The notes beneath the pieces are model-generated. The model was not told the origin of the DNA. It did no database searches and saw nothing but the letters and a program-made list of their open reading frames with translations. Of a stretch of DNA of 64,000 nt, positions 53,724-63,773 are shown one piece after another. The stretch covers positions 16,202 to 80,201 of IMG/VR virus record IMGVR_UViG_3300010167_000019; one strand, given 5' to 3'. Each line of letters begins with the position of its first letter. Within the stretch, counting starts at the first letter, position 1. Both the position numbers and the translations under genes were made by a program. Source of the stretch: a virus (Duplodnaviria; Caudoviricetes).

Positions 53724-56501
53724 TTGCCACGTAGTATTCAAATTCTTCCACCATACGCTCATCCACACGTTTATTCTGTAATCAACGACAATAGTTTTTA
53801 TACTGAAGATACGGCCCCTATGGGATCACCTGATGAGAAACCTTACACTACCCTCGTTCTAACTGGAGCAGATAAAGGCATCGACAACAAGCTAGTGAAA
53901 CTTAATGACTTTGCTACAAAGTTAGAAGTATTTGGTAGGTCTAACTACACCAAGTACGGTCAAGCTTCTCTACAAGCCGATGTCTTATTACAAAATGGCC
54001 AAACTAGTGTTTGGTTCATGAGAGTTCTACCCAAAGACGCCCGTTATGCTAATCTAGTCGTGGTAGCTCACTATCGCAAACCCAAGTGTGTTCTACCCGA
54101 TTATGATCCTCTAGTTACTCCTCCTGATCCTAATGATTGTGAAATTTTAGCTATTGGCGGAACTGCTACAGCACCTACTTACGAACCCACTGGTTTAAAG
54201 AGACTGGAAGTCAAATACTCGATCGTCAACGTTACGGCTAAATTAAACGGAGCTGGTCATCCTACTGATGATAGCGTGATCGAAGAGTACATCAATGGAC
54301 GTGGTGGTCTAGGAGATTATGTCATGCCACGTGGACCACTCTACACAGAAGATCAAGCTAGGGTCTACAATCGAACACCAGCTGATTTAGAAGGTTTCTA
54401 TTCCGTGCCTATTTTCTATTCTCGCGTTACAGGTAGAGGAAAGTATGGCAACCGGTATGCCTTACGTTTATTAAGAGATACGGAATTTGAATTCGACAAT
54501 GACATCAAGAGCTATGGCTTTAATTTGATTGAAAGGGATTTTGTCACCAAGTCCAAACATTATTTTGTTGGCACGATGGTTGCTTCTGGTCGGTATGATC
54601 GTTCGATGTTGGTGGATGATGTCTTAGGCGCTTATCCTTTAGGCTCTGTGCCTATCTTCATCAAAACTTACGAATCAGCCATAGCAGAAATCTTAGACGC
54701 CTATCGGGATATCACAGCCTACAATACCAAGATCATCGCTGAAAAGTATGCTAAGGATCAAGAGAAGTTGGACGATCTGAAATATGCTATGGGTCTCGTT
54801 GTAGATTTGGAAGAAAAGGATTACAGCAAGATGGATCTCTTTGATCCGATCTTTGGTTATCGTCTAAACGATCGGGAAAAACTGATCCCTTACTTTGCTA
54901 ACTTTACCCCTAAGACTAGCATCCCACTGCCCAAAGCAGACTACACAGTTCTCAATAAACTACCAGTCGAATTTGAAAATGGGGATCCACTCTGGGATAC
55001 TTTTGTCGATGCTTCCGATGAAGCCATGCTTTTGACTGTAGGCGATCGCATCTTAGTTAAGAATTTCTTGAGTCTAGGCAGTGACACACCTTTGGAGGGC
55101 GATGGTTCCAACCGCATGCATAAACTCTTCACAGTCAAAGATATCGAGATAACTTGGGATGAGATTGCTAGTCCAGCAGTGATTGAATCTTTTAAAGTTA
55201 CCTATGATGAAGGTCTACTCATTGGCTGGGATGACTATGCCTATACTGGAGTCAACTTAGGCAGTGAAGTTGGTTTCTCTTATGCCGGAGGTTTCGATGG
55301 TGAATTCGAAGAGATCATAGCCTACAAGAGAAGTGGTGGAGAAATCACTGGAGAGCAAGTGGAAAGACCTCCTAATGCTGCCGAGATGAAATTACTTTTG
55401 TCCAGGGAATATGTTTCAGCCTTAAGAGGAGAAAAGGATAAATACATTCTTTCCCCAGCTCGCATCAACTTGGATTTCATCATCGATGCCAACTACAATC
55501 TCTGTGCTGACATCGAAGTTAACATTCCGGGTGTGCCATTGGGGTATCGGGAATTATTTGCCAACTCTCAAGTTATCACTAACGAAGAGTATCGACAGCT
55601 AGTTGTCTTGGATTCCATGTACCAATTTGGTACTGGCAACCTAGCCGATGCTTTGAATGTCAAGAAGGCCTTATGGGCTCTCAATAACTATCGGAACAAA
55701 AATGGTATCGTCAACTCCAAAGAAGAAGGTGCTGGGTGTGCTCTGAAGTTGGATTGTGGACTGATTGGTATTGGCCGCAGTTTGGAAATTCGCAATGAGG
55801 GTGGAAACTTCAAGGCTCCGGATATTGGCAATGACTTAAGAGATCTGCTGCAAGTCATGAATCAATTTGACGGTAGAAACTGTTCGATTGACTTTGGCCA
55901 TTATGAGATCATCGATCCTGTCTCTCGGAGAAAGGTTCCGGTTACGGCGACTTTCTTCTTGGCTGAAGAATTGATCCCGCACATGGTCCGCTTTGGTCCC
56001 AATAAACCCTTTGTCAACATCTATGCTCAGATCAGCAACATGGTCAGAAATTCCTTTAAGCCAGAATTAGACTTGATTGACTGGGATGTCAAGGAACTCT
56101 TGTACAATAGCCGGATCAACTATTACCTTACCTTTGAAGAAGGACGGGTTGTGCAGAGAGCAGTACAGAATACTTGTCAGAAAGATGCCTCTGCTTTACT
56201 GGAAGAGAATAATGTCAACATTCTCAATCTCTTGCTCAAAGGTTTGGAAAAAGCTTGTCGTTCCTATCTCTACGAGTGGAGCGATCCGGTAGTTCGAAAA
56301 GGTTATACCGATACGCAAATGGAAATTTACAAACCTTGGATTGGCAATTGGGTAGAAGGTCTTTCCATCTACTTTGATGCTAACGCTTATGAAGAAGAAC
56401 GTATGCTAATGCATTGTTACGCTGAAGTGAAATTCCGGAATATCACCAAACGTATTGTCCTTGAAATCGATATCAATAAACCCACAGGAGGTGCTGCATA
56501 A
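53724..56501 (+). CDS. contractile tail sheath protein
   Basis: 925 aa; HPHVYSVINDNS, F.EVFG..NYTKYGQ, MRVLPKDA.YAN, GRGKYGN, FIIDANY and a C-terminal sheath domain. Confidence 0.82.
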   Translation: MPRSIQILPPYAHPHVYSVINDNSFYTEDTAPMGSPDEKPYTTLVLTGADKGIDNKLVKLNDFATKLEVFGRSNYTKYGQASLQADVLLQNGQTSVWFMRVLPKDARYANLVVVAHYRKPKCVLPDYDPLVTPPDPNDCEILAIGGTATAPTYEPTGLKRLEVKYSIVNVTAKLNGAGHPTDDSVIEEYINGRGGLGDYVMPRGPLYTEDQARVYNRTPADLEGFYSVPIFYSRVTGRGKYGNRYALRLLRDTEFEFDNDIKSYGFNLIERDFVTKSKHYFVGTMVASGRYDRSMLVDDVLGAYPLGSVPIFIKTYESAIAEILDAYRDITAYNTKIIAEKYAKDQEKLDDLKYAMGLVVDLEEKDYSKMDLFDPIFGYRLNDREKLIPYFANFTPKTSIPLPKADYTVLNKLPVEFENGDPLWDTFVDASDEAMLLTVGDRILVKNFLSLGSDTPLEGDGSNRMHKLFTVKDIEITWDEIASPAVIESFKVTYDEGLLIGWDDYAYTGVNLGSEVGFSYAGGFDGEFEEIIAYKRSGGEITGEQVERPPNAAEMKLLLSREYVSALRGEKDKYILSPARINLDFIIDANYNLCADIEVNIPGVPLGYRELFANSQVITNEEYRQLVVLDSMYQFGTGNLADALNVKKALWALNNYRNKNGIVNSKEEGAGCALKLDCGLIGIGRSLEIRNEGGNFKAPDIGNDLRDLLQVMNQFDGRNCSIDFGHYEIIDPVSRRKVPVTATFFLAEELIPHMVRFGPNKPFVNIYAQISNMVRNSFKPELDLIDWDVKELLYNSRINYYLTFEEGRVVQRAVQNTCQKDASALLEENNVNILNLLLKGLEKACRSYLYEWSDPVVRKGYTDTQMEIYKPWIGNWVEGLSIYFDANAYEEERMLMHCYAEVKFRNITKRIVLEIDINKPTGGAA

Positions 56502-57574
56502 TGATTCCAGGAGTTGTGACTGCTCAGACTGGTGGGCAACAATTCGATGCTCCTAATTTTACCAAGTATAGTTTGTTTGTCGGAGGCTTAAACGCAACCC
56601 ATAATTCCTTGCTCAATTACAGTCCACTGATGAATGGCTTCGGTCGTCTTTTTATGGTTAGACCTCCTAAGGCGATTGCTCATATGTTTGCCGGTGGTGC
56701 TGCCAATCTCTATTCTAAGGATAGTCTCTTCGTTCAATTTAAACATCTCTTGGAGTATATGAATAGATCTGTGCAAGGTTTTACGGATAAGACCTTAGAT
56801 GCTGCTACACCAATGCAAGGAGGTTTTGCTGGTCGTCAAGTCAATATTCCTACAGTAACCAAAGATGGCACAACCACTATCACTATTGGCGTGTATGAGT
56901 TGATTGGCTCACCCGTCTACACGGTGATCGACGGTTGGATGAATGCTATTGGCGATGAGAATAGCGGCTTGGCTACTTACGGCGGCTGGATCTCCGGTGG
57001 AAAAGATGCAGCGGGTCAAGAAACCAGATTGTACAGACGTGGAACAGAATCAGCCAATGAAGCTTTTGCTTTCAATGAAGCTAACCACACCGCTGAATTC
57101 ATCTATGTTTTGCACGATCGTTCAGGAGCTCAAGTAGAGAGAGCCATGCTCTTGGCGCAATGCTACCCATCGGCTATTGCTCAAGGGGAAGTTCTCAATA
57201 TGACCACTGGTCAACATGACTTGGTCACTTACGACTTGACCTTCCAATGTGTGCCTTATCGTTCTCCGATCATCAATTCTATTGCCAATGATCTTTTAAA
57301 ACAATATCGCATCGTAGCCAATAGCTTGAATCTCAATCCGGAATTGGGCAATGCCGTGTACGCAGATGGCAACGTCAATCTCTTCCGCAAGAGTCTTGGT
57401 GAAATTCCCTTTGATTCTGCTACTGGTACCTTGGTTGGCAATATACCAGCCTACGATCAAACTAATATTGCTAAGACTACAGTTGTCACGCCAAAGGATA
57501 TCAACGATGGTAAGTTGGCTGGACAACCGGGACGTACAATTGGCAATGCCAATGGTTGGGAAGGTTTTGCGTAA
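56501..57574 (+). CDS. tail tube protein
   Basis: Coupled directly after the sheath gene; YSPLMNGFGRLFMVRPP, YELIGSPV and AEFIYVL. Confidence 0.7.
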   Translation: MIPGVVTAQTGGQQFDAPNFTKYSLFVGGLNATHNSLLNYSPLMNGFGRLFMVRPPKAIAHMFAGGAANLYSKDSLFVQFKHLLEYMNRSVQGFTDKTLDAATPMQGGFAGRQVNIPTVTKDGTTTITIGVYELIGSPVYTVIDGWMNAIGDENSGLATYGGWISGGKDAAGQETRLYRRGTESANEAFAFNEANHTAEFIYVLHDRSGAQVERAMLLAQCYPSAIAQGEVLNMTTGQHDLVTYDLTFQCVPYRSPIINSIANDLLKQYRIVANSLNLNPELGNAVYADGNVNLFRKSLGEIPFDSATGTLVGNIPAYDQTNIAKTTVVTPKDINDGKLAGQPGRTIGNANGWEGFA

Positions 57575-57586
57575 AAGTAAAATTAA

Positions 57587-57622
57587 AATAGAGAGGATTC
57601 CCAAATGGGAATCCTCTCTATT
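57587..57622. terminator. bidirectional terminator, 17-bp arms with 2-nt spacer
   Basis: aatagagaggattccca-aa-tgggaatcctctctatt. Confidence 0.85.
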
Positions 57623-57625
57623 GCT

Positions 57626-59035
57626 TTATCTTTCTTTAACAATCAGAGCTTTAGTAGGAGCAGCTACTTTGTCGATCAGCATACCAACTGGACCTTTACC
57701 ATTAGCTATTGTGTAGAGATTAGCTGAGTCAATCATGATCTGTTTATTGGCCCAAACTTTTGTTCCACTGCCACTAGCAAAATAGGTCACCGGTCCTAAT
57801 GGTGTACCACAATAGTTGGCTGGAATCTCTTCATTCAATTCCAAGGTGTAGGTTCCGGCTTCTCCACTGATGACATATTCTCCATTCAAGCCATCGCTAG
57901 CGACATAAACTGCTTCAGCATCTTCCGTGAAGAATTTCCAATTACCGGCTGGGAGATTATCGATCCAAGTTATGCCAACTTCACCGATGAAACCAACCTT
58001 ATCGGCTACTGTGACAAATAAAGCACCCTCTCGAGTAGACTCATAGAAAGCCACTGCTGTCAAGTTATCAGAACCCAAAACTAGATCGGAGCCACCATTG
58101 CCCAGTTCCACTTTGAAAATACCTTGGGCATTGCTAACATAGAGGTTGTCTTGGGAATCTTTGAAGTAGGAAAGGATAGCATTGTTCATTATTTCCACTG
58201 GAGCATTATCCGAGAGAATGAAAGCTTTTTGACCTACTGCCCATAGGATAACTTTGCCATTGTCCAATTCTTCGAAGATCAATTTGTCGCCTACCGCAAG
58301 TTGGATATCCGTGAAGTTATAGTTTCCGTAGAGGGCGGCAGTAGCAAAATCAATTCCGATGAATTTTTCATCGCTACTTTCAAAGACCACTTTACAAGTG
58401 CCAGGCAGAGAACCCAAAGTGGTGTTACTGAAAGAAGTAGTCGCAGGATTAAACTCCAGAAGACCAGAAGCAATGCCATGGATCACATTGGTAGAGATGA
58501 TTGTTCCATTGAGCAATTCAAACCAACCGTGAGCATTGACATCGTTTTCCACTTTGCCATTGACTGGCAACTTGTTGAATTTGAAACCATCGTATTTGTA
58601 AATTCCTTCAGCATCGCCTGAGAAGAAAATCTCACCGGTAGAAGAAACGAAGCTTTGATAAGTGGCACCGAAGTAAGGCAGACTACGAATAGCCGTGGAA
58701 GGAATCTTAACCACGACATGATTATCGAAGTCAATGCAGAAAGTAACTTCGCCACCTTTGTAGGAAAGCAGTTCTCTGTCCGGATGAATACCAACCACTT
58801 CATGGTATTCGTAGACAGTTTGATAGCCTACCGTGACATAGGTAATTAGACCAGTAGGTTCAGCATTAGCATAAGCTTCGAAGGAATAAACTTTCTCGCT
58901 ATCTCCCTCATTAGGAGGTAGAATTAAACTAACTATATATTGTCCGTCGGTAAGGCCAGGTGTGGTTTGGAATAACTGATCCAGCTCCTCACACCATACA
59001 GTTACTGCAGGATATAGGGTAACGACTTTCGGCAT
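57626..59035 (-). CDS. beta-propeller-like virion protein, paralog 3 of 3
   Basis: MPKVVTLYPAVTVWC...YCGTPLG...TKVW. Confidence 0.6.
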   Translation of the reverse strand: MPKVVTLYPAVTVWCEELDQLFQTTPGLTDGQYIVSLILPPNEGDSEKVYSFEAYANAEPTGLITYVTVGYQTVYEYHEVVGIHPDRELLSYKGGEVTFCIDFDNHVVVKIPSTAIRSLPYFGATYQSFVSSTGEIFFSGDAEGIYKYDGFKFNKLPVNGKVENDVNAHGWFELLNGTIISTNVIHGIASGLLEFNPATTSFSNTTLGSLPGTCKVVFESSDEKFIGIDFATAALYGNYNFTDIQLAVGDKLIFEELDNGKVILWAVGQKAFILSDNAPVEIMNNAILSYFKDSQDNLYVSNAQGIFKVELGNGGSDLVLGSDNLTAVAFYESTREGALFVTVADKVGFIGEVGITWIDNLPAGNWKFFTEDAEAVYVASDGLNGEYVISGEAGTYTLELNEEIPANYCGTPLGPVTYFASGSGTKVWANKQIMIDSANLYTIANGKGPVGMLIDKVAAPTKALIVKER

Positions 59036-59063
59036 AACGTATTTCTCCCTTCAATTTTTGATT

Positions 59064-60407
59064 TTAAGGTTCGATCGGATCATTATCATCGGGTTCTTCG
59101 AATTCCTCATCCGAGTCAGACTCATCAGGGAGTTCACCTGGTTCGTTGTCATTACCTTCTTCTGGATCAGGGAGTAAATCATTGTCTCCTTCCGGGTCTT
59201 CCGGTAAATCAGGTTCTTCAGGATTTTCTTCAGGTTGTTGCCAATCCAATTCTCCATCCAAGGCAGCTTTCAACTTCCTAATCTGGTAATCTCTTCTCCG
59301 ATTGTCTCGTTCCATCTTGCTGAGTAAGCCTAAGATGGAATTCAATTTACCATCTACATCATGATCAGGTCTAGGTCTAATTGATCCGACTGGCACACCT
59401 AAAAGATGAGCAATCTTCTGAGTGTTGTTGACAACTGTCAAATCATTCTTCCAGACGGAAACTTTAAATAAAATCTTATAGCTGGTATTGACGACAAAGA
59501 CTTTATTTAAAGGAAAGCTCCCAGCTGGAATATTGAAGGTCGAAGGTATCGTTTTATCAATCTTGGCAGGAGTGTTAATTTCATCTAAGTGTAGTACCAG
59601 AGATCGTCCCTGATCTTCAAAGTGATAGAATTTGTTGAAGGACCACCAGTTGGGTGGTAGGGTGAAATAATCAGACTGCGCTTTAGGATGTCCGAAACTA
59701 AATTGCGGCTGATGATACTCATGGTACTGTGTATCATACCTGCCTGCTGGTCTATCTGGTATAAAGATTTCCCTTTCTTCTTTAGAAGGTTTCCGACGAT
59801 CATCATAGAGATTGCGCACTGGTCGTTTTAAACAAACATAGAATAGACGAATCCGAGTCAAGCGAATGAGCATGCGGTCACTGCCATGGACTCGATTGGT
59901 GACTGTGCGTACGGCACTGTCATTGAAGTTGACTAAGACCGCATTGTCCGACATATGTCGGGAATCAAAGTCGATGTAATGAGGTTTGTCCTCCGTTCTG
60001 GAACGACCGATGTCGATGTAGTGCGCTTTATTCTCCGTGTAGATTTGAGTGGTAGCAGCTTTTAAGAATTGTCCCGTGCGTTCACTTTCTATTCGGTAAT
60101 CGATCGCAATGACTAGACCCGGCTTAACCACATCCAAATAGCCTCTCAGCTGTGGAGCATTCTGCACCAACAGATCCAAGAATCGATTGTAAGAGGATCG
60201 ATTACCTATAGATTTCTCTCCAACGTTATCGATCACAATATCCACTACACTGCTGTGCGTACCATTTTCAATGATCAGCTGATTGCGAATCAGAGATCGA
60301 TCGACTGATTGCATATTCGTCTTATCTACGTATTCACCCGAGATATAGGGCCAGCCATTTAAATTAAGAAAAGCGTAACTTTTCATGGGGTTAGCTGAAT
60401 ACCGCAC
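59064..60407 (-). CDS. putative virion protein with an acidic C-terminal tail
   Basis: 447 aa; AACA-N6-TA motif upstream; PEEPDLPEDPE tail. Confidence 0.5.
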   Translation of the reverse strand: MRYSANPMKSYAFLNLNGWPYISGEYVDKTNMQSVDRSLIRNQLIIENGTHSSVVDIVIDNVGEKSIGNRSSYNRFLDLLVQNAPQLRGYLDVVKPGLVIAIDYRIESERTGQFLKAATTQIYTENKAHYIDIGRSRTEDKPHYIDFDSRHMSDNAVLVNFNDSAVRTVTNRVHGSDRMLIRLTRIRLFYVCLKRPVRNLYDDRRKPSKEEREIFIPDRPAGRYDTQYHEYHQPQFSFGHPKAQSDYFTLPPNWWSFNKFYHFEDQGRSLVLHLDEINTPAKIDKTIPSTFNIPAGSFPLNKVFVVNTSYKILFKVSVWKNDLTVVNNTQKIAHLLGVPVGSIRPRPDHDVDGKLNSILGLLSKMERDNRRRDYQIRKLKAALDGELDWQQPEENPEEPDLPEDPEGDNDLLPDPEEGNDNEPGELPDESDSDEEFEEPDDNDPIEP

Positions 60408-60439
60408 ATATTTATCTCCTTTCCTGTGAGTTAATACTT

Positions 60440-60451
60440 TAATCGATTGTT
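60440..60451 (-). promoter_or_regulatory. AR9-like late promoter
   Basis: AACA atcgat TA on the minus strand. Confidence 0.5.
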
Positions 60452-60453
60452 GC

Positions 60454-61668
60454 CTAGCTATACTGGAGAACTTCCCGTATGATATAGATTATCACGGGTG
60501 TGAGGAAGAAATTATCCGAGTCGGAAAGGCCATCTGCTAAGGCATTGCCTATGGTCAAAGGAACTTGGTTGACAGAGTCTAATTGACCGTGAATGTATTG
60601 CTTGATCAAGTTTTCATAGACGTTGTTGCCTAGTCGAGCAGGCTCTTCCCTTAAGAAAAGCAACTGTTCATGGTTGAAAAGATTGAAATCACTGGTCTGA
60701 TCAATTTCCTTGGCTAATTGTAAGACAGGGAAGATGATATTTACATCAAATTCACTCCAGCGGTAAAAAGAAGAATCGCGATAATGGAAAGCCTCTTTTA
60801 ATAGGAAGGGAAATTTATTCAAGCGACTTAAGGGAGCATGATCTTCCAACCAACGATAGACAGACTGCTGATAGTAGATAGCTAGCCTAGCCTCATTTAA
60901 TTTTCGATGGATCATCAGAACGACCGGACTATATTCTACATTCATCAGAGAATGCTTGGCAATGAACTCATTGGCACAGAGGTCAAACCATCTGCCTTGT
61001 CTCTTACTGGGAAAGAGAAAGCAATTATGTCGAGAATTGTAAAACATAGCCTTGTAGTCTTCGATCATGTTATGAGTGATCGACATAATTTGAGTTCTCC
61101 GGATAGCATCATCAATTTGGATGATGGGATTAGTATCTGTGCCGATAGCATCCAATTCACACCTATAGGTATTGACAACTTGCTTTTCTAACTTTTCCAT
61201 TCTTTCCTTGGAGGTAGAATTTAAACGATAACGAATTCGGTAGTAGCCTTCTTGTTTCATAGAATCATAGATCACTTCGATCACTTGGAAGATGCTGGTC
61301 ATACGCAGATGATGGACAATAAAAAAATCATTCGGATGGGGGACAATTGTAGAAGGGAAGATATGGCACTCACTCTCAATGTTAACATCTTCCACTTGGG
61401 ATTCATCAGTATTCAAGGGTGCAGCCTGTTGAATTCCTCCTAAGGGCAGGTTGATAATCTTATTGAATCTCAGAGGAGACATCTTGCCAAATAATTGATC
61501 GATATCTTGTAAACCACGATCGACTGTTACATCGTTCTCATGCAGATGGTAATAGGTAGTCAAGACCATATTCCCTTCAGTGTACTTACTAGCCTTGGAA
61601 GCAAGACGTTGCTCAAATTGAAAAATATTATTGGTCAGAAATGATTCTTCGTTGAAGATCAGGGCCAT
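60454..61668 (-). CDS. putative virion structural protein
   Basis: TTYYH...D.T.D.G...SPLRFNKI...P.PNDFF pattern reminiscent of phiKZ-like structural proteins. Confidence 0.55.
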   Translation of the reverse strand: MALIFNEESFLTNNIFQFEQRLASKASKYTEGNMVLTTYYHLHENDVTVDRGLQDIDQLFGKMSPLRFNKIINLPLGGIQQAAPLNTDESQVEDVNIESECHIFPSTIVPHPNDFFIVHHLRMTSIFQVIEVIYDSMKQEGYYRIRYRLNSTSKERMEKLEKQVVNTYRCELDAIGTDTNPIIQIDDAIRRTQIMSITHNMIEDYKAMFYNSRHNCFLFPSKRQGRWFDLCANEFIAKHSLMNVEYSPVVLMIHRKLNEARLAIYYQQSVYRWLEDHAPLSRLNKFPFLLKEAFHYRDSSFYRWSEFDVNIIFPVLQLAKEIDQTSDFNLFNHEQLLFLREEPARLGNNVYENLIKQYIHGQLDSVNQVPLTIGNALADGLSDSDNFFLTPVIIYIIREVLQYS

Positions 61669-61725
61669 GCTTATCCCTCCCACTTTTGTTAATCTGAAGT
61701 TTCGACAGGTCAGTTACTTTAAAAT

Positions 61726-61765
61726 GGAAGAAAGGGTTATCCCACGTGGGATAACCCTTTCTTCC
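61726..61765. terminator. terminator, perfect 40-bp palindrome
   Basis: ggaagaaagggttatcccac|gtgggataaccctttcttcc. Confidence 0.8.
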
Positions 61766-61768
61766 TTC

Positions 61769-62848
61769 TTAAGGTAGAATGGTAAAGCGAGAAACAAATT
61801 GCTCTCCTTGGGGAATAAAAAAGTGATCTTGGAAAGCTTGGATATTGTCTAAGACGGCTGTACTCTCCTCCTCATTGCTCAATCGGCGAATATAACGATC
61901 CATGGTCAAAGTAAAAGCGATTAATTGTTGCCGGTAGGTTTGATCGTTGAGATCGCTGTAGACCAACCCCGAGAGAAAATACAACAACAGCATGTTGTTT
62001 TGCGCATGGTACTTTTCTTCCAGAAAACGTTTTTCGAAGGAAGAGATTTCCAAAATAAATTTTTCTGGAATACGCAATCTCTCCATGTAAATTCTTCCAC
62101 GTTCCAAGAGATAGTTGATCCGACCTTGATCGGTGAAAGCTTTGGTCAAGTGTCTAAGGGTCTTAGGAGTGACATCCCGTAAGAATCCTAAATGTTTATT
62201 GTAGTAAAACTTATCCAAGGAAAGTTGTGCCTTAGCTCTTTTTTCTAAGTCCAGCTCACTAGCAGCTCTTTCCTTTAAAGCAGTTAAGGCAGCCTCTTCT
62301 TGTTCAGCCATGCTGGTTTGCAATTCCTTCTCCAGAGTTTCAAAATCAGCATACGCTTTGGACAAGTTGTAGTAGGAGCTAACCACAGCCCGTACGTTGT
62401 CAATCGTCACGCTTAAATCAACGCCTTGAATCAAGCTGTTCTCGCCGAAGAAAGCAGAAATTTCTTCCAAGGTCAATTTATTCAATCCATTCAAATCATC
62501 GTATTCATCTACGGCAACTTCTTCCGGACTATCGGCAGGCAGCTCTTCGGCACTTATCTCTTCTGCCTTAACAGTTTCTACAGGAGGATCACGATGTAGA
62601 TTATTATACTCGATCACTGCTGGTATCTGTTCTGGGCTAATACCAAATTCTTGGCTGATGCTATCCCAACTCATCTGAAGGATACCAACTAATTCTTTGG
62701 TGTTGCGCATCATCTTAGCCACATCGGAGAAGGTGACTTGCTTGCTACTTTGTTTTTCGGCCTGATCAATTACTCGTTGTGCTTTGCTATACTTTGGTCT
62801 CTCTACTAATCCCTTTTCTCTACTACGACGTTGACTGCGATTGGCCAA
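61769..62848 (-). CDS. hypothetical helical protein
   Basis: 359-aa ORF. Confidence 0.7.
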   Translation of the reverse strand: MANRSQRRSREKGLVERPKYSKAQRVIDQAEKQSSKQVTFSDVAKMMRNTKELVGILQMSWDSISQEFGISPEQIPAVIEYNNLHRDPPVETVKAEEISAEELPADSPEEVAVDEYDDLNGLNKLTLEEISAFFGENSLIQGVDLSVTIDNVRAVVSSYYNLSKAYADFETLEKELQTSMAEQEEAALTALKERAASELDLEKRAKAQLSLDKFYYNKHLGFLRDVTPKTLRHLTKAFTDQGRINYLLERGRIYMERLRIPEKFILEISSFEKRFLEEKYHAQNNMLLLYFLSGLVYSDLNDQTYRQQLIAFTLTMDRYIRRLSNEEESTAVLDNIQAFQDHFFIPQGEQFVSRFTILP

Positions 62849-62860
62849 AACCCTTCCCCC

Positions 62861-63310
62861 TTAAATGAATAAGTCGCTGTCGTCGATGGCTTTCTCCAAA
62901 ATATTCTTGACCATCATCACAGCGTTCTGGACCAGATACCAGTGTAAATATTCTTCCGTTAAAGCATAAGAGGAGAGATCGATCTTCTCTTCCACCAAAG
63001 CCTTTTTAACTTCATTAGCAATGGCCTTAGCTAAATCACTCATCTTGATGCGAGTTGTCTTATCCAGTTGAATTTGATCTTGGTATTCTCGGAATTTGAT
63101 TACAGTGATCTCAGCTGTTAACTTCTTGAGAAAGTTCAATAGTTCAGTTACTCTTTCTAAGGATTTACCCTCCTTCTCGAATTCAATCTCCAATAGCTCA
63201 ATCTTCATATTGATCTTCCGATTGTAGGCACTGGCAATGATCGATAAGGGTATCATGAGGATTAAACACCAGATCATCCAGAGGATAATTATCATAATCA
63301 CTTTATCCAT
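62861..63310 (-). CDS. membrane-anchored coiled-coil protein
   Basis: Hydrophobic N-terminal helix; AGGAG RBS. Confidence 0.65.
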   Translation of the reverse strand: MDKVIMIIILWMIWCLILMIPLSIIASAYNRKINMKIELLEIEFEKEGKSLERVTELLNFLKKLTAEITVIKFREYQDQIQLDKTTRIKMSDLAKAIANEVKKALVEEKIDLSSYALTEEYLHWYLVQNAVMMVKNILEKAIDDSDLFI

Positions 63311-63320
63311 CGATATCTCC

Positions 63321-63773
63321 TTAAGTCAAGACTTGCAAATTGTTTTTAAATAACTTCACGATTGTATCGGTCAACCTTTTCTGTTTAAAAGGTAAATTTT
63401 CCATCATCCATTCCCAGACTTCATTGAAATCATACATATCGCCAGGATTATCTTTGATATAATACTTATAGAGTTTCGCTAGCTTCTTAACATGCCACAT
63501 CTCATTAGGAGTAGCAAAGATCATATGCTTGCCAAAGGTGTAGCCTACGATGTTCTCATCATCTTCCTTTTCACCGAAGTAATCGTCACCTCCCACGACA
63601 GTCTCCATACGAATGCCTAAAGACTTTAAATAGACTTGTAAGACTTGAGCCGAACGAGAGGTAAAATTATCAGGTATGCTGTATTCACCATCCTCAGATA
63701 AGATAGCTTCATATAAGAATTTTCGACCATCGATCGATGATCTGTACAAGGCAGTGATCAAGGCAAAATCATC
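63321..63773 (-). CDS. phage RNAP beta subunit C-terminal half, last exon (partial gene)
   Basis: DDFA..TALYRSSIDGR...SRSAQVLQVYLKSLG resembles the beta C-terminus; preceded by an intron 3' end. Confidence 0.65.
   Translation of the reverse strand, partial: DDFALITALYRSSIDGRKFLYEAILSEDGEYSIPDNFTSRSAQVLQVYLKSLGIRMETVVGGDDYFGEKEDDENIVGYTFGKHMIFATPNEMWHVKKLAKLYKYYIKDNPGDMYDFNEVWEWMMENLPFKQKRLTDTIVKLFKNNLQVLT

Noticed and set aside
722-62182. Numerous 60-130-aa antisense or alternative-frame ORFs over long genes (for example 722, 5041, 39221, 40288, 58301)
   Set aside because: Shadow ORFs with no RBS or recognisable motifs.
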